From contig NC_059426.1 in assembly GCF_021028975.2 (NCBI RefSeq), positions 144,646,001 through 144,710,000 of the forward strand: DNA of 64,000 nucleotides. Direction: 5' to 3'. The notes under the pieces are model-generated. The model saw nothing but the letters and a program-made list of their open reading frames with translations, made no database searches and was not told the DNA's origin. Source of the stretch: Sphaerodactylus townsendi (Eukaryota). Positions 1 to 12,083 of this stretch are shown piece after piece (the first letter of the stretch is position 1; every line of letters begins with the position of its first letter). The position numbers were made by a program, and so were the translations under genes.

Positions 1-763
1 CCACTGTGATCCATGCAACGATCACCTCTAGGTTAGACTATTGTAACTCTCTCTATGCGTGCCTCCCCTTACGTCTGATCCGGAAGTTGAAGCTGGTCCA
101 GCATGCGGCAGCGCATGTGCTCACAGGTGGTCCCTTTAGAGAACACATTCAACCTGTGTTGCGCCGCTTGCATTGGCTCCCAGTCGAGTTCCGAATCATT
201 CATAAGGTATGGGTGCTTACCTTTAAGGGCTTATGCGGTCTGGGACCTCTCTACACCTTTCTCGGACCATCTTAATTCCCATATATGTCCCCTGTAACGG
301 CCCTTCAAGTGCGCTCTGGTCAGAGGCCAATCCTTAGTTGGTGGTCCCTAGCCCTCAGTGATGTGGTTGGCCTCTACCCAGGCCAGGGCCTTTACAGCCC
401 TGGCCCCTGCCTGGTGGAACACTTTACCACCAGCTATCCGGGCCCTGCGGGATGTTGGAGAGTTCCTCAGGGCCTGTAAGACCAAATTGTTCCACCGGAC
501 TTGGGGGGGCGGGTGGCCGCTGATGTGCACCCCTTCCCCCTTTTACATTCTGGGCCCTTTAATATCTATGGGCCCCTCCGCTCCCTTGTTTTGTTTCTTT
601 CCAGGGTGGGTTTATGAAGTTTTATGCTGGATGCCAATGTAATCTTGTTTAATTTGCTGTTGTAATGGGGTTTTAATGTAATTGTCTGTTTTATTGTGTT
701 GTTCACCGCCCAGAGCCCTTCGGGGGAGGGGCGTTATACAAAATCGATTATAAATAAATAAAT
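1..763 (+). mobile_element. L2-clade LINE, 3' fragment (end of RT ORF, 3' UTR, (TAAA)n tail)
   Basis: ORF 6..275 reads IHATITSRLDYCNSLYACLP...LVQHAAA...LHWLPVEFRIIHKV, typical of the L2 ORF2 C-terminus. It continues as RAFTALAPAWWNTLP in a shifted frame and ends in TAAA repeats at ~750-763. Confidence 0.85.
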
Positions 764-1186
764 ATGGAATCTTAAAGGATAAAATTGCTTGATTTCCATT
801 GGTACTGAATGTTTAACAAACAGAATTACAGTTAAAAAGCTGTGAGTGCTTGCCACCTCTGAAAACTAAACTGCAGGAGGAAGACAGTTCTGCTGGCTCA
901 TAGAGATGAATTGTAAGTAGTCTATTATACAGGTCTAATTAAATATGAAAGAATGTAATAATTCATGGAATTTCCTTAACTTGGGGTTCTACTAGTGATG
1001 TATGTTTGACTAGAAATCGAGTAACCTGAGGTGCCACAAAGTTTTAGAGACATTCAAAAGCTTGACTGGTTGTTGAATTCAATAACCTTAGGAATAAAAA
1101 GAAAACCATAAACAGTGAAAACAGAAACTGTAAACAGGAATATAAAATAAAGACAGTAGGGTTGCTTTGGTAAGAATCTGCTTTTT

Positions 1187-1280
1187 GTACGTACGTACGT
1201 ACGTATGTATGTATGTGTGTGTGTATGTATGTATGTATGTATGTATGTATGTATGTATGTATGTATGTATGTATGTATGT
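1187..1280. repeat. Compound microsatellite (GTAC)n-(GTAT)n-(GT)n-(GTAT)n
   Basis: Read directly from the sequence. It explains the HTYI-repeat ORFs 1054..1299 and 1088..1306. Confidence 0.97.
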
Positions 1281-2575
1281 TCAGGGCTACTATAGACATT
1301 GTTCACATGAGTCTTGAGATCTATGGTTAAATGTTAATGTATCATGTAGATCTTTTCCACAGAACTGACACCCTGCTATCATGGTATGAATTCTGCAGGG
1401 AAAATCCATGTGTTCATCATTGATCATTTGGCTGCAGATCATAATACTGTGTCATGAAGTCACAGAAAAGTACCTGATATATAATGTTCCAATCATCTTA
1501 TTCAGTTTACTGAACAGTATGGATACCAATATGGGATAAATTAGTTTATCAGTAAGTGTATTTACTGAATACTACAATCAGCCTGGGGGTGTTTCTAACT
1601 TGCACTGAGCATGGATTAGATATTTATTAATTAAAATGTTTATACTATGCCTGTCCTCTTTGCATTCACCTATTGATTCCAGCAAAGCCCTGTTCCAGGA
1701 AAACGATGACCAAATGTTTATACATTTTGAAAGGTGTATATATTTAATTCAATTGTTGTTTTACCACAAGATGTTTGCATATTATGAAAAGGTGTTTACA
1801 GATTATGAAAAATTACAGATATAATCCAGTGGTTGTTTTACCACAAGAAAAGGGAGTTTATGAAAATATGTGCTGAAAAGTGTTATACATGGCCAGAACG
1901 CTAAGTGTAATGTAGCACGAAGGAAGTAGCTTCAGTACTTCAGGCAAAGAGAAGAAAATTACCCTGGATGAGATTTAATTAAGTCACTCACAATGATAAA
2001 TGTCTGTCAGTTTTGTTCAGTGGACTTCTAAGGTAAAAGGCAGGGGCTGCAAAATTCAGATTTCATATGTTGTTCATCAGTTCTGTCAAAGGCAGCCAAG
2101 AGTAAAGCACTTAAACTTCAGAAATGTTAGCACAAATGTGACTGCATGGATATATATAATCTTCAACCCTAATCACTGGCCAAATACTCCAGCAATGTAT
2201 AGCAGCTGCCATTTCTGAAATGGAAGGCATATCCTTATAGGAAAAGGTATGAAAGCCGTATGTGTGTCATGAATGATAGCAGCATATAAGCACACATTGC
2301 ATACAGTGGCACATGCCATAATCTCTGAGAGGCAGCAGAAGGCTACTGAACAGGTGTGCTCTGTTTTTGGAAGGTTTACCTGTGTATCTTTAACTGTGTA
2401 TGTTTTGAAGGCCTTTGTGTTTTTATTTTTTTTTAGGGCCTGGGAGGGCTTTTATTTGTGTGTGGGGTTTTCTTTGTTTTTGGGGCATGTGCTTGCCTCA
2501 GGCTTCTGAGAAATGGGGCTTCTGGTGAGTTACCAGCTCTATGTAGCTGCCAGCCAGCTCTTTTGAGCACTCTCT

Positions 2576-3109
2576 GGCCTTTCCGCACTGCAGAAAGGGC
2601 GCTTCCCCACCGGCAGGAATTCTGCCAGTGGAGGGGTGGGGGCCGTTAGCACGAGAGCGTGCGAGCGGCCCCCAAACAGGCCGGCGCAAGAGAGACAGCG
2701 CATTCCGTGCAGAGCCAGCTTCTTCGGTCCCTCGCTCATCTCGTCGCCTCCGCCAGCCTGCTGGAGCCTCAGAGACTCGCTCCACACTGCCCTCCGACCT
2801 CAGGGGTCAGAGGACAGCCAGGGAGTGGTCTTGTAGGGAGGCCAGCAGGGCAGGGATGGAGGCGACGCAGGTGAGTGGGAGAGGCAGGGGAAAACAGCGT
2901 GACTCCCTGGCGTGTGCCGCTTGCACCGCCACTGGAATGTGGGCGCTGTTTACCAAAAACCTCCCTCCAGGAGGGAGGTTTTTGGAGGCGGCCTGACGCC
3001 GCCCTGGGGGAGGGGGAGGGGAGCCAGGTCGGTGCTGCTGCGTTTTCGCAGCGCAGCCTGTGCGAACGGCTCCCTGGGGATGGCGTTTTTGCCCCGTGCG
3101 GAAAGGGCC
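2576..3109. mobile_element. GC/CpG-rich non-autonomous PIF/Harbinger-like DNA element
   Basis: Terminal inverted repeats GGCCTTTCCGCAC (2576) and GTGCGGAAAGGGCC (ends 3109), with TCT on both flanks (3-bp TSD). Same TIR type as 8361-8501. Confidence 0.7.
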
Positions 3110-3251
3110 TCTAAGAGGCAGTGGCATGCACCGTAATCTCTGAGAGGCAGCAGAAGGCAGCTGAATAGAGAGCAAATGGCAAACTCTGTTTTTTGGGGGG
3201 TAAACCTTAAAACCATATCTTTAACCGTGTGTTTTCAAAAACACAGTTGCT

Positions 3252-3875
3252 GCCCAGTTATCCTGTCATCAATACCATGAAAGATTCTAGAACAGATAGT
3301 TAAACAAACAGTTTGTAAGCACTTAGAAGGAAATACTGTGGTCACTAAAAATCACCATGACTTTCTCAAAAACAAGTCATGCCAGACTAGTATCTCTCTC
3401 CTTTTTTTGACAGACTGACAAGCCTTGCAGACAAAGAGAATTTTGTGGATGTAGCATACCTTGATTTTAGTAAGGTCTTTGATGAGGTGCCCCATCATGC
3501 TTGCAACTAAAATGTGGGCTAGAGAATATTACTGTTAAATGGATTTGTAATTTGTTGACAGACCCAGCTATAAGGATGCTCACCACTGGATTGTCTTCAT
3601 CTTGGAGAGGGATGACTAATGAGGTGCCACAGGGTTCTGTCCGGGCCCAGTACCATTTAGTATTTTTATCAGTGACTTGGATGATGGAATAGAGGGCATG
3701 CTAACCATTTTGCAGATGACATCAAATTAGAAGGGGTAGCTAATACCCCCAGAGGACAGGGTCAGAATTCAAAATTACCTGGACAAATTAGAGAGCTGGG
3801 CCAAAACTAGCAAAAAGAATTTCAACAGACATAAATATAAGATCCTACACTTAGGCAGAAAAAATGAAAAGCACA
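3252..3875 (+). mobile_element. Old CR1 LINE ORF2 (RT) fragment
   Basis: Degenerate CR1 motifs: VDVAYLDFSKVFDEVPH, EVPQGSV, FADDIKL and LDKLESWAK, with stops and frameshifts. Confidence 0.85.
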
Positions 3876-4065
3876 CATCTTATATCTGCACCTCACTAGT
3901 CACTTCTCTCCAGTAGGAGCTCAATAACCCTTGCTTTCCTAGCCTCCCTGGGATTGCAAAATCACAGGAAATATTAAAGACTTAGAGATAATACACAGCT
4001 GCTTGGCAGATAACAGAATTGCTTTTGATTTCGCTAGTGTCGAAATCTTTCTCCCATTAGGGAGA

Positions 4066-4750
4066 AAGGTTAGTATAGTGGTTAGAGTGTCAGACTAGGA
4101 CCTAGAATACTGTTAGGTCTCGAACCTTAAGCCAATAAATGGACTCTGTAGTGTTGATCAGTAGCATTTATTGATGAGGCATCAAAGCACCAAAGTGTGG
4201 CTAAGCCAGTTCTGACAAACCTGGCCTTTGCTATCCCTTTTATCCCATTGCAAGTCCCCCCCCCCGCCCGCTTTCCCAAGAAGTTGTGAAAAACAGTTCC
4301 TGGAGCTGAGGCTCCCCAAGGTCAGTGGCAGACAGTAAGAGAAAGCCACCTGGCTTCCTGCCCACACGAGATAACGGATGCAACTCTGTTTCTCATGGGA
4401 CCAGGGTGTCAGGGGAAGCCTAGTTATCTACAAAGCGTGTGAAGCCATAAAGTAAAGATCAAGGAAAGAATGTCACAGATGGCAGTGGTAACATATAGCA
4501 GGCTGGTTACATATACCTTTGTAGCTTTAGGCAGTTTCATTGAGGTAGGAATGCATCTCAATCACATAGATACAACCCCCCAACAAATACCCAGGTTTGA
4601 ATCTCTACTCTACTATGGAAGCCCACTGGGTGGCTGACCCTGTCAGCCTAACCTGCCTCACTGGGTTGTGGTCTGGATAACATGGAGGAGAGGTGAACAA
4701 TGTAGGCTACTTTGGATCCCCCTTAGGGAGAAAGGTATGTTATAAATTAT
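4066..4750 (+). mobile_element. tRNA-derived squamate SINE, split by a solo LTR
   Basis: The head (TAGTGGTTAGAGTGTCAGACTAGGA) resumes after the LTR as CCAGGTTTGAATCTC (B-box-like), followed by SINE body and an AT-rich tail. Confidence 0.7.
4111..4585 (-). mobile_element. Solo LTR (475 bp) with 5-bp TSD AATAC
   Basis: TGTTAGG...CCCAACA termini. AATAC occurs at 4106-4110 and 4586-4590. AATAAA on the minus strand at 4167-4172 suggests minus orientation. Confidence 0.85.
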
Positions 4751-5074
4751 ATAAATAATGAATTAGTAAATATTTGGGGCTCTCTTCTTTCTCCTTTTTC
4801 TTTCTCTCGATGATTCGTGAATGACACCCACATCAGATATGAACTCATAGCTTGTCCCAGTTCTGGGCATTTAACAAAAGCTTTGTTTTTTCCTCTAAGT
4901 TCTATCAATTTGGTTTGAGAAAGTGGCATGATTGGACATGAATTCCTTCCGATGAAGAAGGAATTGGGGTTAATGGAAGATGGCTGCCAGACTGTAACAT
5001 CTCAATGTTTTTTTCCCTCTCCTGCTGGTATTTATAGTCTGAGCATGGCCAGGATCACAGACTTTTGGGCATAA

Positions 5075-5362
5075 GTCAGCATGGTGTGGTGGTTAAGAGT
5101 GGTGGACTCTAATCTGGAGAACTGAGTTTGATTCCCTACTCCTCCACATGAGCAGCAAACTCTTACCTGATGAACTGGATTTGTTTCCTTGCTCTTACAC
5201 ACAAAGTCTGCTGGGTGACCTTGGACTAGTCTCAGTTCTCTCTATCAGTCCCAACTACCTCACAAAGTGTCTGGTGTGGGGAGAGGAAGGGAAAGGAGTT
5301 TGTAAGCCACTTTAAGACTCCTTAAGGTTGATAAAAGTGAAGTAACGATGCAAATTCTTCTT
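5075..5362 (+). mobile_element. tRNA-derived SINE (Squam3-like)
   Basis: GGTGTGGTGGTTAAGAGTGGTGGACTCTAATCTGGAGAACTGAGTTTGATTCCC head with A/B boxes, typical body, and a TTCTTC-type tail. Confidence 0.8.
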
Positions 5363-8360
5363 CATGGTCAGGTGGACTAACCTGGTGGACATTAACCCAT
5401 GATGTTTTGTTCTTTTATAACTTTTGCTTGCTTTTTAGACTGTGTTGTATTTAAATTTGTTTAAGAGTAGAGTTATCCCTTCCACATCACTGGGGTTAGG
5501 GTGTGGCATCCCCCAACAGCACTGCCATTATTGCTTTCTATGAAACATCCCAAAATTGTGAAAAAAATATAAGTTTGCATGCCCTTTCTTTTCCAAGTTA
5601 AGAAGTAACTTTGACAAGATCCCTAAAATCCTGGAAGGTTTCTGCAACTGTCACTGTCCTGTAAGAAAGAAAAATCAGTGCATTTTCTTCCACCTTTACC
5701 AAATTTAGTGAGGTAGATGCTGCTCCTTGTTCAGCCAGAGGGGATAGAAACATCTGTTAAGGGGATGCTTTTCTTAGAATCAAGAAGCAAAGAGTAATGT
5801 TCTGTTAGAGGCCTCTTCAATTTTAACAGTTGAGAGGAAGTAAGAGGAAATAAACACAGATAATCTTGCCTTTCAGTGGCTAACACAGAGATCTCTAATA
5901 GAACCTTTCTCTTTGCTTCTGCCCATCAAAGCAGCCTATACTGATCTTGATGGACCAAAGGTCTGATAAATTATGTATATGTATTCAACTGGGGCTTCCC
6001 CCAGGTAAACCTCCCTCATTTAATCCCAGAACAAGAATGGAAACATACAGGTTGAGGCAGTCAATTAGATGCCATGAACTCTAACTGTTCTGGCCTTTAA
6101 GGAACATTGGGTTGGGATAGAAGCAAACTAGCAACCAATGTATTGGCATAGGATAGATATGACATGCTTACTGTAGCCAGCCTTTGTTAGGTGTAGAACT
6201 CAGAGTCTGCTCTGCAGTAATCGAGCTTTCAGTGAATTATTGGATTGTCACCACTGTTTAGAATTAGAAGTCAAACATATCCAAATGAATCAATTAGTTG
6301 TTGGCAGCCAAAAGGTAAAATGTATTGTATATAATAAGTTCCCAGGGAACCTGGTTAGTCTGCTTATTTTTATCCATGCCACTTTACCATGCCTTAGCCA
6401 GCATTACAGATAGTTACATAATAAAATTTTAAAAGGCCACATGTCAAGTATCCCTTGGTTTTCTCTGAATTATCAAGATGAGTGAGCAATTTGGACAGGT
6501 AACCCAGATCTGAGCTAAAGATCTCTGCTAAAGGCATACGTTCTTTTAGTTAAGGAAATGTAACAACAAAATGCCAAACTATTTTCAATATCTTGGTGAT
6601 GCAGCCCCAACAGCTTAGTGTGTGGAGTAAATGTTGTTTAGTAAAAGAAAAAGACTGATAAAGGTCAGAGCATGGAGAATGAAACAAGAAACTGCTGCAA
6701 AGAGGAAAATAGAGGTGACGGGGGAAAAGTTTGAAATTCAGCACCATGGTCAGAGGTGCTCACATTTTGGTGTAATGGAGTCTGCACAAAGCTTCATTTT
6801 CAGCGTTCCATAGTTGAAGCACCGTAATGCAAGTTATTTTAAGCCTCTCTGAGCTTTTCTAAACCCTTTGTGTACCAAGTGCCACACACCTACCTGTTTG
6901 CAGTGATTTGGACAGGGGAAAGATAAATGGAGAGAATTCTTTGCAAGAGCACTCAACAAAAATGACAGGTTTAATAACCTACACTTAGACAGCACTTTTC
7001 ATCCAGAGGTCTCAGATCTTTGTAAATATTCATGCACTTCATATATATTTACATCCAACTTCCCCTCCTTTTCCTTTCCTGTATCCCAAACAAATCCAAA
7101 GGAAAACAAGATTTGAAGAGATTAACAGTGCATTTCTGAACAGAGTTGTACCTTTCTAACCTCTGTGCTTCCAGAGGTCACAGAAAAGAACGGTTGGGAA
7201 AAATAAATTGTGTTATAAGAAGAACAAGAGATTACTTTTTATCAGTAGCAGACATTCTGTGGGATGGAGTGTGGTAGTGGTATGGCTTTTGCATGCCTTT
7301 AAAAATTCCTTCGGCAAGCAACAAAATAATGGATTTTATCTGGAACCATTTGAAAGAGAGTTTGAGAGCAGCAGTGGCTAGGTCAGCAAGAGAGTTGGGA
7401 GAGGGAACTGTGTTATTGCCATCATCACATTACATCACTTAACAGGAAACCCACAAATGTATTTGGCACAGACATTTGCAGGTCAGAGCCAACTTCATCA
7501 GATGCATGAAGTTGTTCCTTGTTGCTAGAAATGTATAAATATGGGCATGAAGCACAGAGTTAAACATTATTGCTTAAAATATCTTCCAGTTAAAATCTGC
7601 CTTACAAATCCTACTGTCTGTGCCCTCACCTGTGCCCTGAAAGGTATGGTAGATGAAAACCACAGACATGACTTTTGCAGTAATGGCATCTTATCTGTGG
7701 AATACCCTTCCCTTGAGCCTCACTTGGCACTCATGTTACTTTCTTCCAAGTGCCAGGCCAAAAAATTGCTTTTCACCCAGACTTTTAGTTAAGTGTTGAT
7801 CTGTTAGGATCATTTTATAATGTGTTTTCAGTCTGACAAAAGGAACTGCCTTTAAAATTTGGTTTCAAGTATAGCAGCAGGAATTCTAGCTACTATTGAC
7901 TACAGAGACTATATCTTGCTAGTACTGAAGGAGCCCCATTGGATAACTGGATTATTTCTGGGCCTGGTTTTAAATTTCTAGTTCTCACCTTAAAAGACTG
8001 AAAGGTCTAGGACTACAGCTCCAGATACCTAAAGAACCAATTGTCCTGCAGTTAGGATCTTCATTGGTAGTTTTGTTCAATGTATCACCCACCTGCAGAA
8101 GTGAGCTGAGTGGTTACTGAGGACAGGACCTTTCTGTTGTGGAACCCCATTTCTGAAGAATCCTTTGCATAAACATATACTGAGCACCAAATCTTTTAAT
8201 GTTATGGTTTTATCTTAAATCCATTTTCCCCTCTGAACATGTTTATTGTGGGTGTCTAGTGTTATATTCTGGTTGGATTCCACTCTTTTATGTGTGATCT
8301 TATTATCTATTTTGGTACAGCTGGAAACTTTTATTTTTGATGCTGTTGGTGTTTATCTTA

Positions 8361-8501
8361 GGCTCATTCTGCACATGCAGAATAATGCACTTTCAAACTG
8401 CTTTCAGTGCTCTTTGAAGCTGTGCGGAATGGCAAAATCCACTTGCAAACAGTTGTGAAAGTGGTTTGAAAATGCATTATTTTGCATGTGCGGAAGGGGC
8501 C
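8361..8501. mobile_element. PIF/Harbinger MITE with TTA TSD
   Basis: TIRs GGCTCATTCTGCACATGCAGAATAATGCA / TGCATTATTTTGCATGTGCGGAAGGGGCC, with TTA on both sides. Confidence 0.85.
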
Positions 8502-9564
8502 TTACATTTTTACTAATTCTTATGCTTCCACTTCATTGTAGCATTTTTTTCTGCATTTCTATTACTGTTGCCTCAGAACTTGATTTGAGCATGCGTGCCA
8601 TATATAAATATGTTCACTAGGACAACAAAAAAGTATGTATCATATTTTGCCTTTTGCCACTAATTGTCACACACCTACTCTGGTGTTTTACTACTCTTTT
8701 AGCAAGTGCAGATGGAGCAGTTTGATAGTGATGGATTCAGTCTGTTAAGATGTGCTTCTTGATGAACTGATTAGTTTTTTAGTACAGTCAATGACACCTC
8801 TCTGCCTTTAAAGATACATTTATAACCTTTGTAGAGGTTTCATTTTGAGCAATGGGATGATTTTGAGTATTTCACACAGTAGGAAAGATCTATTTATTTT
8901 GCCCGGAAGGCATTTGGAATGGTGAAGAGTATTCTGCAGTGTCATAGAAATAGACACTAAGATTATGACCATGTCACAAAGATCTTGATGACTACAGTAA
9001 TGAAGACTAAAGATATTTCCAACTCTATCCCAGCTCTATCACAGCTTAGAGCTAGCTAAGGGATTCATGTCTGAATAACACTATATTGAAGTAACAGAAA
9101 AAATCTTTTGAGTATCACTATTAAAGAAAACTTTTTACCCAGATTTGGGAGGAAGTTACCAGGATAGTGCAGCACTTATCCTACAAAGAAGATGATACTA
9201 AAGGAGTCGGAATAGGAGTTGGAATAGCATGGGAAAAATATTAAGGGGGGAATGTATAATGAGTTTCAAATGTTTAAAATGATTTCAGAAAGAAGAAGAA
9301 TCTATGGAAGAGCACAAAAAATTAGATTAAAACTGCAGGAAGAGTTCTGACTGATGGATGGATAGATAGAGATATGGTAGATATCAGCAGAAACACCTTA
9401 ATTCTAAGAATAGTTCAGCATTAGAGTAAGAACAGCACTAAGGCCTTCTAAAAAGGCAAAAATAGGAACAATGAGGCTCAATTTTGATTATGATACCTGT
9501 CATTCACAGTTTATAATATCAATCAGTGATATTAATGTATTGGAGTCTTAAAGCAGGATCTGAC

Positions 9565-9609
9565 GGTCATATAAGAGAGGTCATATATGAGATGGTCATA
9601 TAAGAGAGG
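9565..9609. repeat. Three tandem copies of a 14-15 bp unit GGTCATATAAGAGA
   Basis: Read directly from the sequence. Confidence 0.85.
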
Positions 9610-9999
9610 ACAGTCCACAAACAAATTTAAACGTTTAGTCAGCAATGGATCACTAAGCCATCTGGAGGCTTTTTCACATGCTTGACTTATTCGTGGCTTT
9701 CTTAGCAGCTGATCCGCAAGTATTGGAACTGGTTTGGGTAAAGTTCCTCAACAATTCTGCTCTACCAGGCATCATGCATCTGTGTGGCGGTCCAACACCA
9801 AGGTAAGTGAGCCAAGGTAAATGGAAAACCTTGATTATTTAATAATGCAGTCTAAGGGTGTGTGTGCGTATGTGCTGAAGCTGCACTGATGTTGGACTGC
9901 CACACAGATGCATGGCAACCAAACCTGGAAGCTGATCCCTGCAGCACTGGGACTCCATGACAACTGCTCCACCAGGAAAAGAAGAAATGAAAACGAAAG

Positions 10000-10480
10000 G
10001 CACACAAATGCATGCAGAAACAAGGGGATAAATTGGAGTCATACGGGGCCAGAACTGAGTTTAAAAAAATGTGGGAAAAGCCGATGTAGGGATGAACTGC
10101 TGACCCAGCAGCACCGTAAGTAGAGCGCTGGAACACCGGCGCTCCTACGGCCTTCTGGTCGCACCGCTCCCCCACCCCTCATCCCCCGTGCAGTATGGAG
10201 TCACGGGTCATTTTGAACTACCTTCCGCCGCTCACCGTAAATCCTCACCGTGGTAGTCCCGTGGACAAAGTGGCGATTAAAATTGGTTCTTGCCCCTGCA
10301 GGTGAGGAGATTAGGCAGGACGCTGATGCTCTTTCCTCCGCAGACGAAGCAGCTTAAAGGGTGAGATCATGCAATCAAGCATGATGATCTCTCTAGGTCT
10401 CCCGCCTCTCCTGAATCCCCCCTGTTCCGCTCTATACCACAGAATCATAATAAAAGTGTGGCCAAGAATCCAGCATCGCT
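10000..10480 (-). mobile_element. Degenerate SGNH-hydrolase-like segment, probably from a retrotransposon (Ngaro/DIRS-order accessory ORF or LINE ORF1 esterase)
   Basis: Minus-strand peptides RCWILGHTF (block I-like), PNLLTCRGKN (block III-like) and HPYIGF...DSNLSP (block V-like) appear in the right order but in different frames. The segment is locally CpG-rich. Confidence 0.4.
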
Positions 10481-10957
10481 GCGCAGAGTCGCTAGGAGTT
10501 AACGGAGCACTCAAGGCCCTCCTCGCATACGCTGGCGCCTCCACCAGGATGTTATCACCTGGTAAGGCTACCTCTGGCCTCGTTCTTAAGGGCGAATCAC
10601 AGCCTTAGGAAAACTCACTGGGATCTACCACAGATAGAGGATTTCTACCCATGGAGCATGACTTTTCTTGCATCTCCTCCATCCCAGTTGCAGCCCCAGA
10701 AGCCCTGACATTCTGTTCCTGGGGGTATAAACAGCATTTCATGGGACATTTTGGCCTGCATTGAGATGGGTGAGGTGAGAAGGTCATGTTCTATCAGTGG
10801 GAATCCTTTTGTCTGCAGAAATTCACTGGTGAATCCAAGCCACTATCTCTATACATTCTATCTGGAAAATGAGTATAATAATGACCATCCTGCCCTTTTT
10901 TCTTGTGCGTATTGATAAATATGATCGATACAGGACACAATCCATTGGGGATATACT

Positions 10958-11204
10958 TAGAGGTGTAGCTGTGTTGGTCTGAAACAGTAGAAAAAAGTTG
11001 GAGCCAAGTGGCACCTTTAAGACCAACTAAGTTTTATTCTTCGTATAAGCTTTTCTGTGCATGCACACTTCTTTAGGGACACTGAAACAGAAGTCACAGA
11101 AATTGGTGATTTTTGTTTCAGTGTATCTAAAGAAGTGTGAATGTACATGAAAGCTTTTACCAAGAACAAACATTTGTTGGTTTTAAAGGTGCACTGGACT
11201 CAAT
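10958..11204. mobile_element. Penelope-like (Neptune-type) pseudo-LTR inverted pair with decayed hammerhead motifs
   Basis: Arms 10958-11098 and ~11106-11204 are inverted copies (GCACCTTTAAGACCAAC / GTTGGTTTTAAAGGTGC). Each has CTAAAGA-AGTGTG..CAC-GAAAGCTT, a mutated CTGAAGA...GAAA core. Confidence 0.75.
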
Positions 11205-12083
11205 CTACTGGGAAGTTATTTTGTTTTGTTTCCCTATTACTGTGCTCTTGTGCAGTCCGCACGCATTACAATTGGACTTCTACAGAAGTATTCTACAGAA
11301 GTATAGAAGGGGGGAAGGCTTGCTCATTTTAGTGCCATGTAGGGGTGAGGATAATGCAAAAGCCACATAAATGGATCCTCAAAGTAAACGTGGCAAAACA
11401 ATGAAAGGCTCGATGGATTCATACTGTGAAGTAAAGCCTTTAACATTCTCTTTTCTCCTCAAAAGCTGCCCTTCTGCTTGGACTTTATCCCTGCTGCCTT
11501 GCCTAAGGCTGCTCACCCGGCCTTTATACCTTAATGTTCACAGCCATATCTCAACATCTTTAGAAATGGCAATGAAGTTGTAAATCCTGCCATCCCGCGT
11601 GAGTGGCACTTTTGTGGTGTCAAACTAACATGTGGAGGGAAAAGCGGACATAATCAACAGCCCTTTTGCTTGTTTATTGTGTGGTTTATCTGCTATTCAG
11701 TTTTTCCTCTTTTTAGTCAAACATTATGTTTATTTTTTAATGACAAATGATTTTCTGGTTTTGTCTCCAGAAATGAAAAGTGCCAGCAATGCCAGCATCA
11801 CTAGGGCATCTGTTCCTTGCTTTTAATTAGTCGCTTCTCTCTCTTGCCAACTAAACACAGATACGTAGTTTTATAATCATTTCACATTATTTTCCTTAGG
11901 TCTCTCTGTCTGGCATTTTTGGGGCTGCTTCACTTTGGCTGAGTTCACATGGGCCACTACAGTGGCTTCTCGCCAGCGTATATGATGGTGGAGCCCCAGG
12001 GCCGTTTGCACACTGAGGTGTAAGTGGCCCCAGAGTGACTGCGGCCTGTGGAGGCACCTCCACATGGAAGTGCCTCTGTTTTC

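Noticed and set aside
1054-1306. HTYI-repeat proteins
   Set aside because: Translation of a microsatellite.
2498-3216. Cluster of GC-rich ORFs as a host gene
   Set aside because: They lie within a TIR/TSD-bounded element and show no protein motif.
5075-5140. tRNA gene
   Set aside because: The A/B boxes continue into a SINE body. There is no complete cloverleaf or terminator.
11900-12020. Coding exon after TTTCCTTAG
   Set aside because: All three frames reach a stop before a usable donor, and there is no recognisable peptide.
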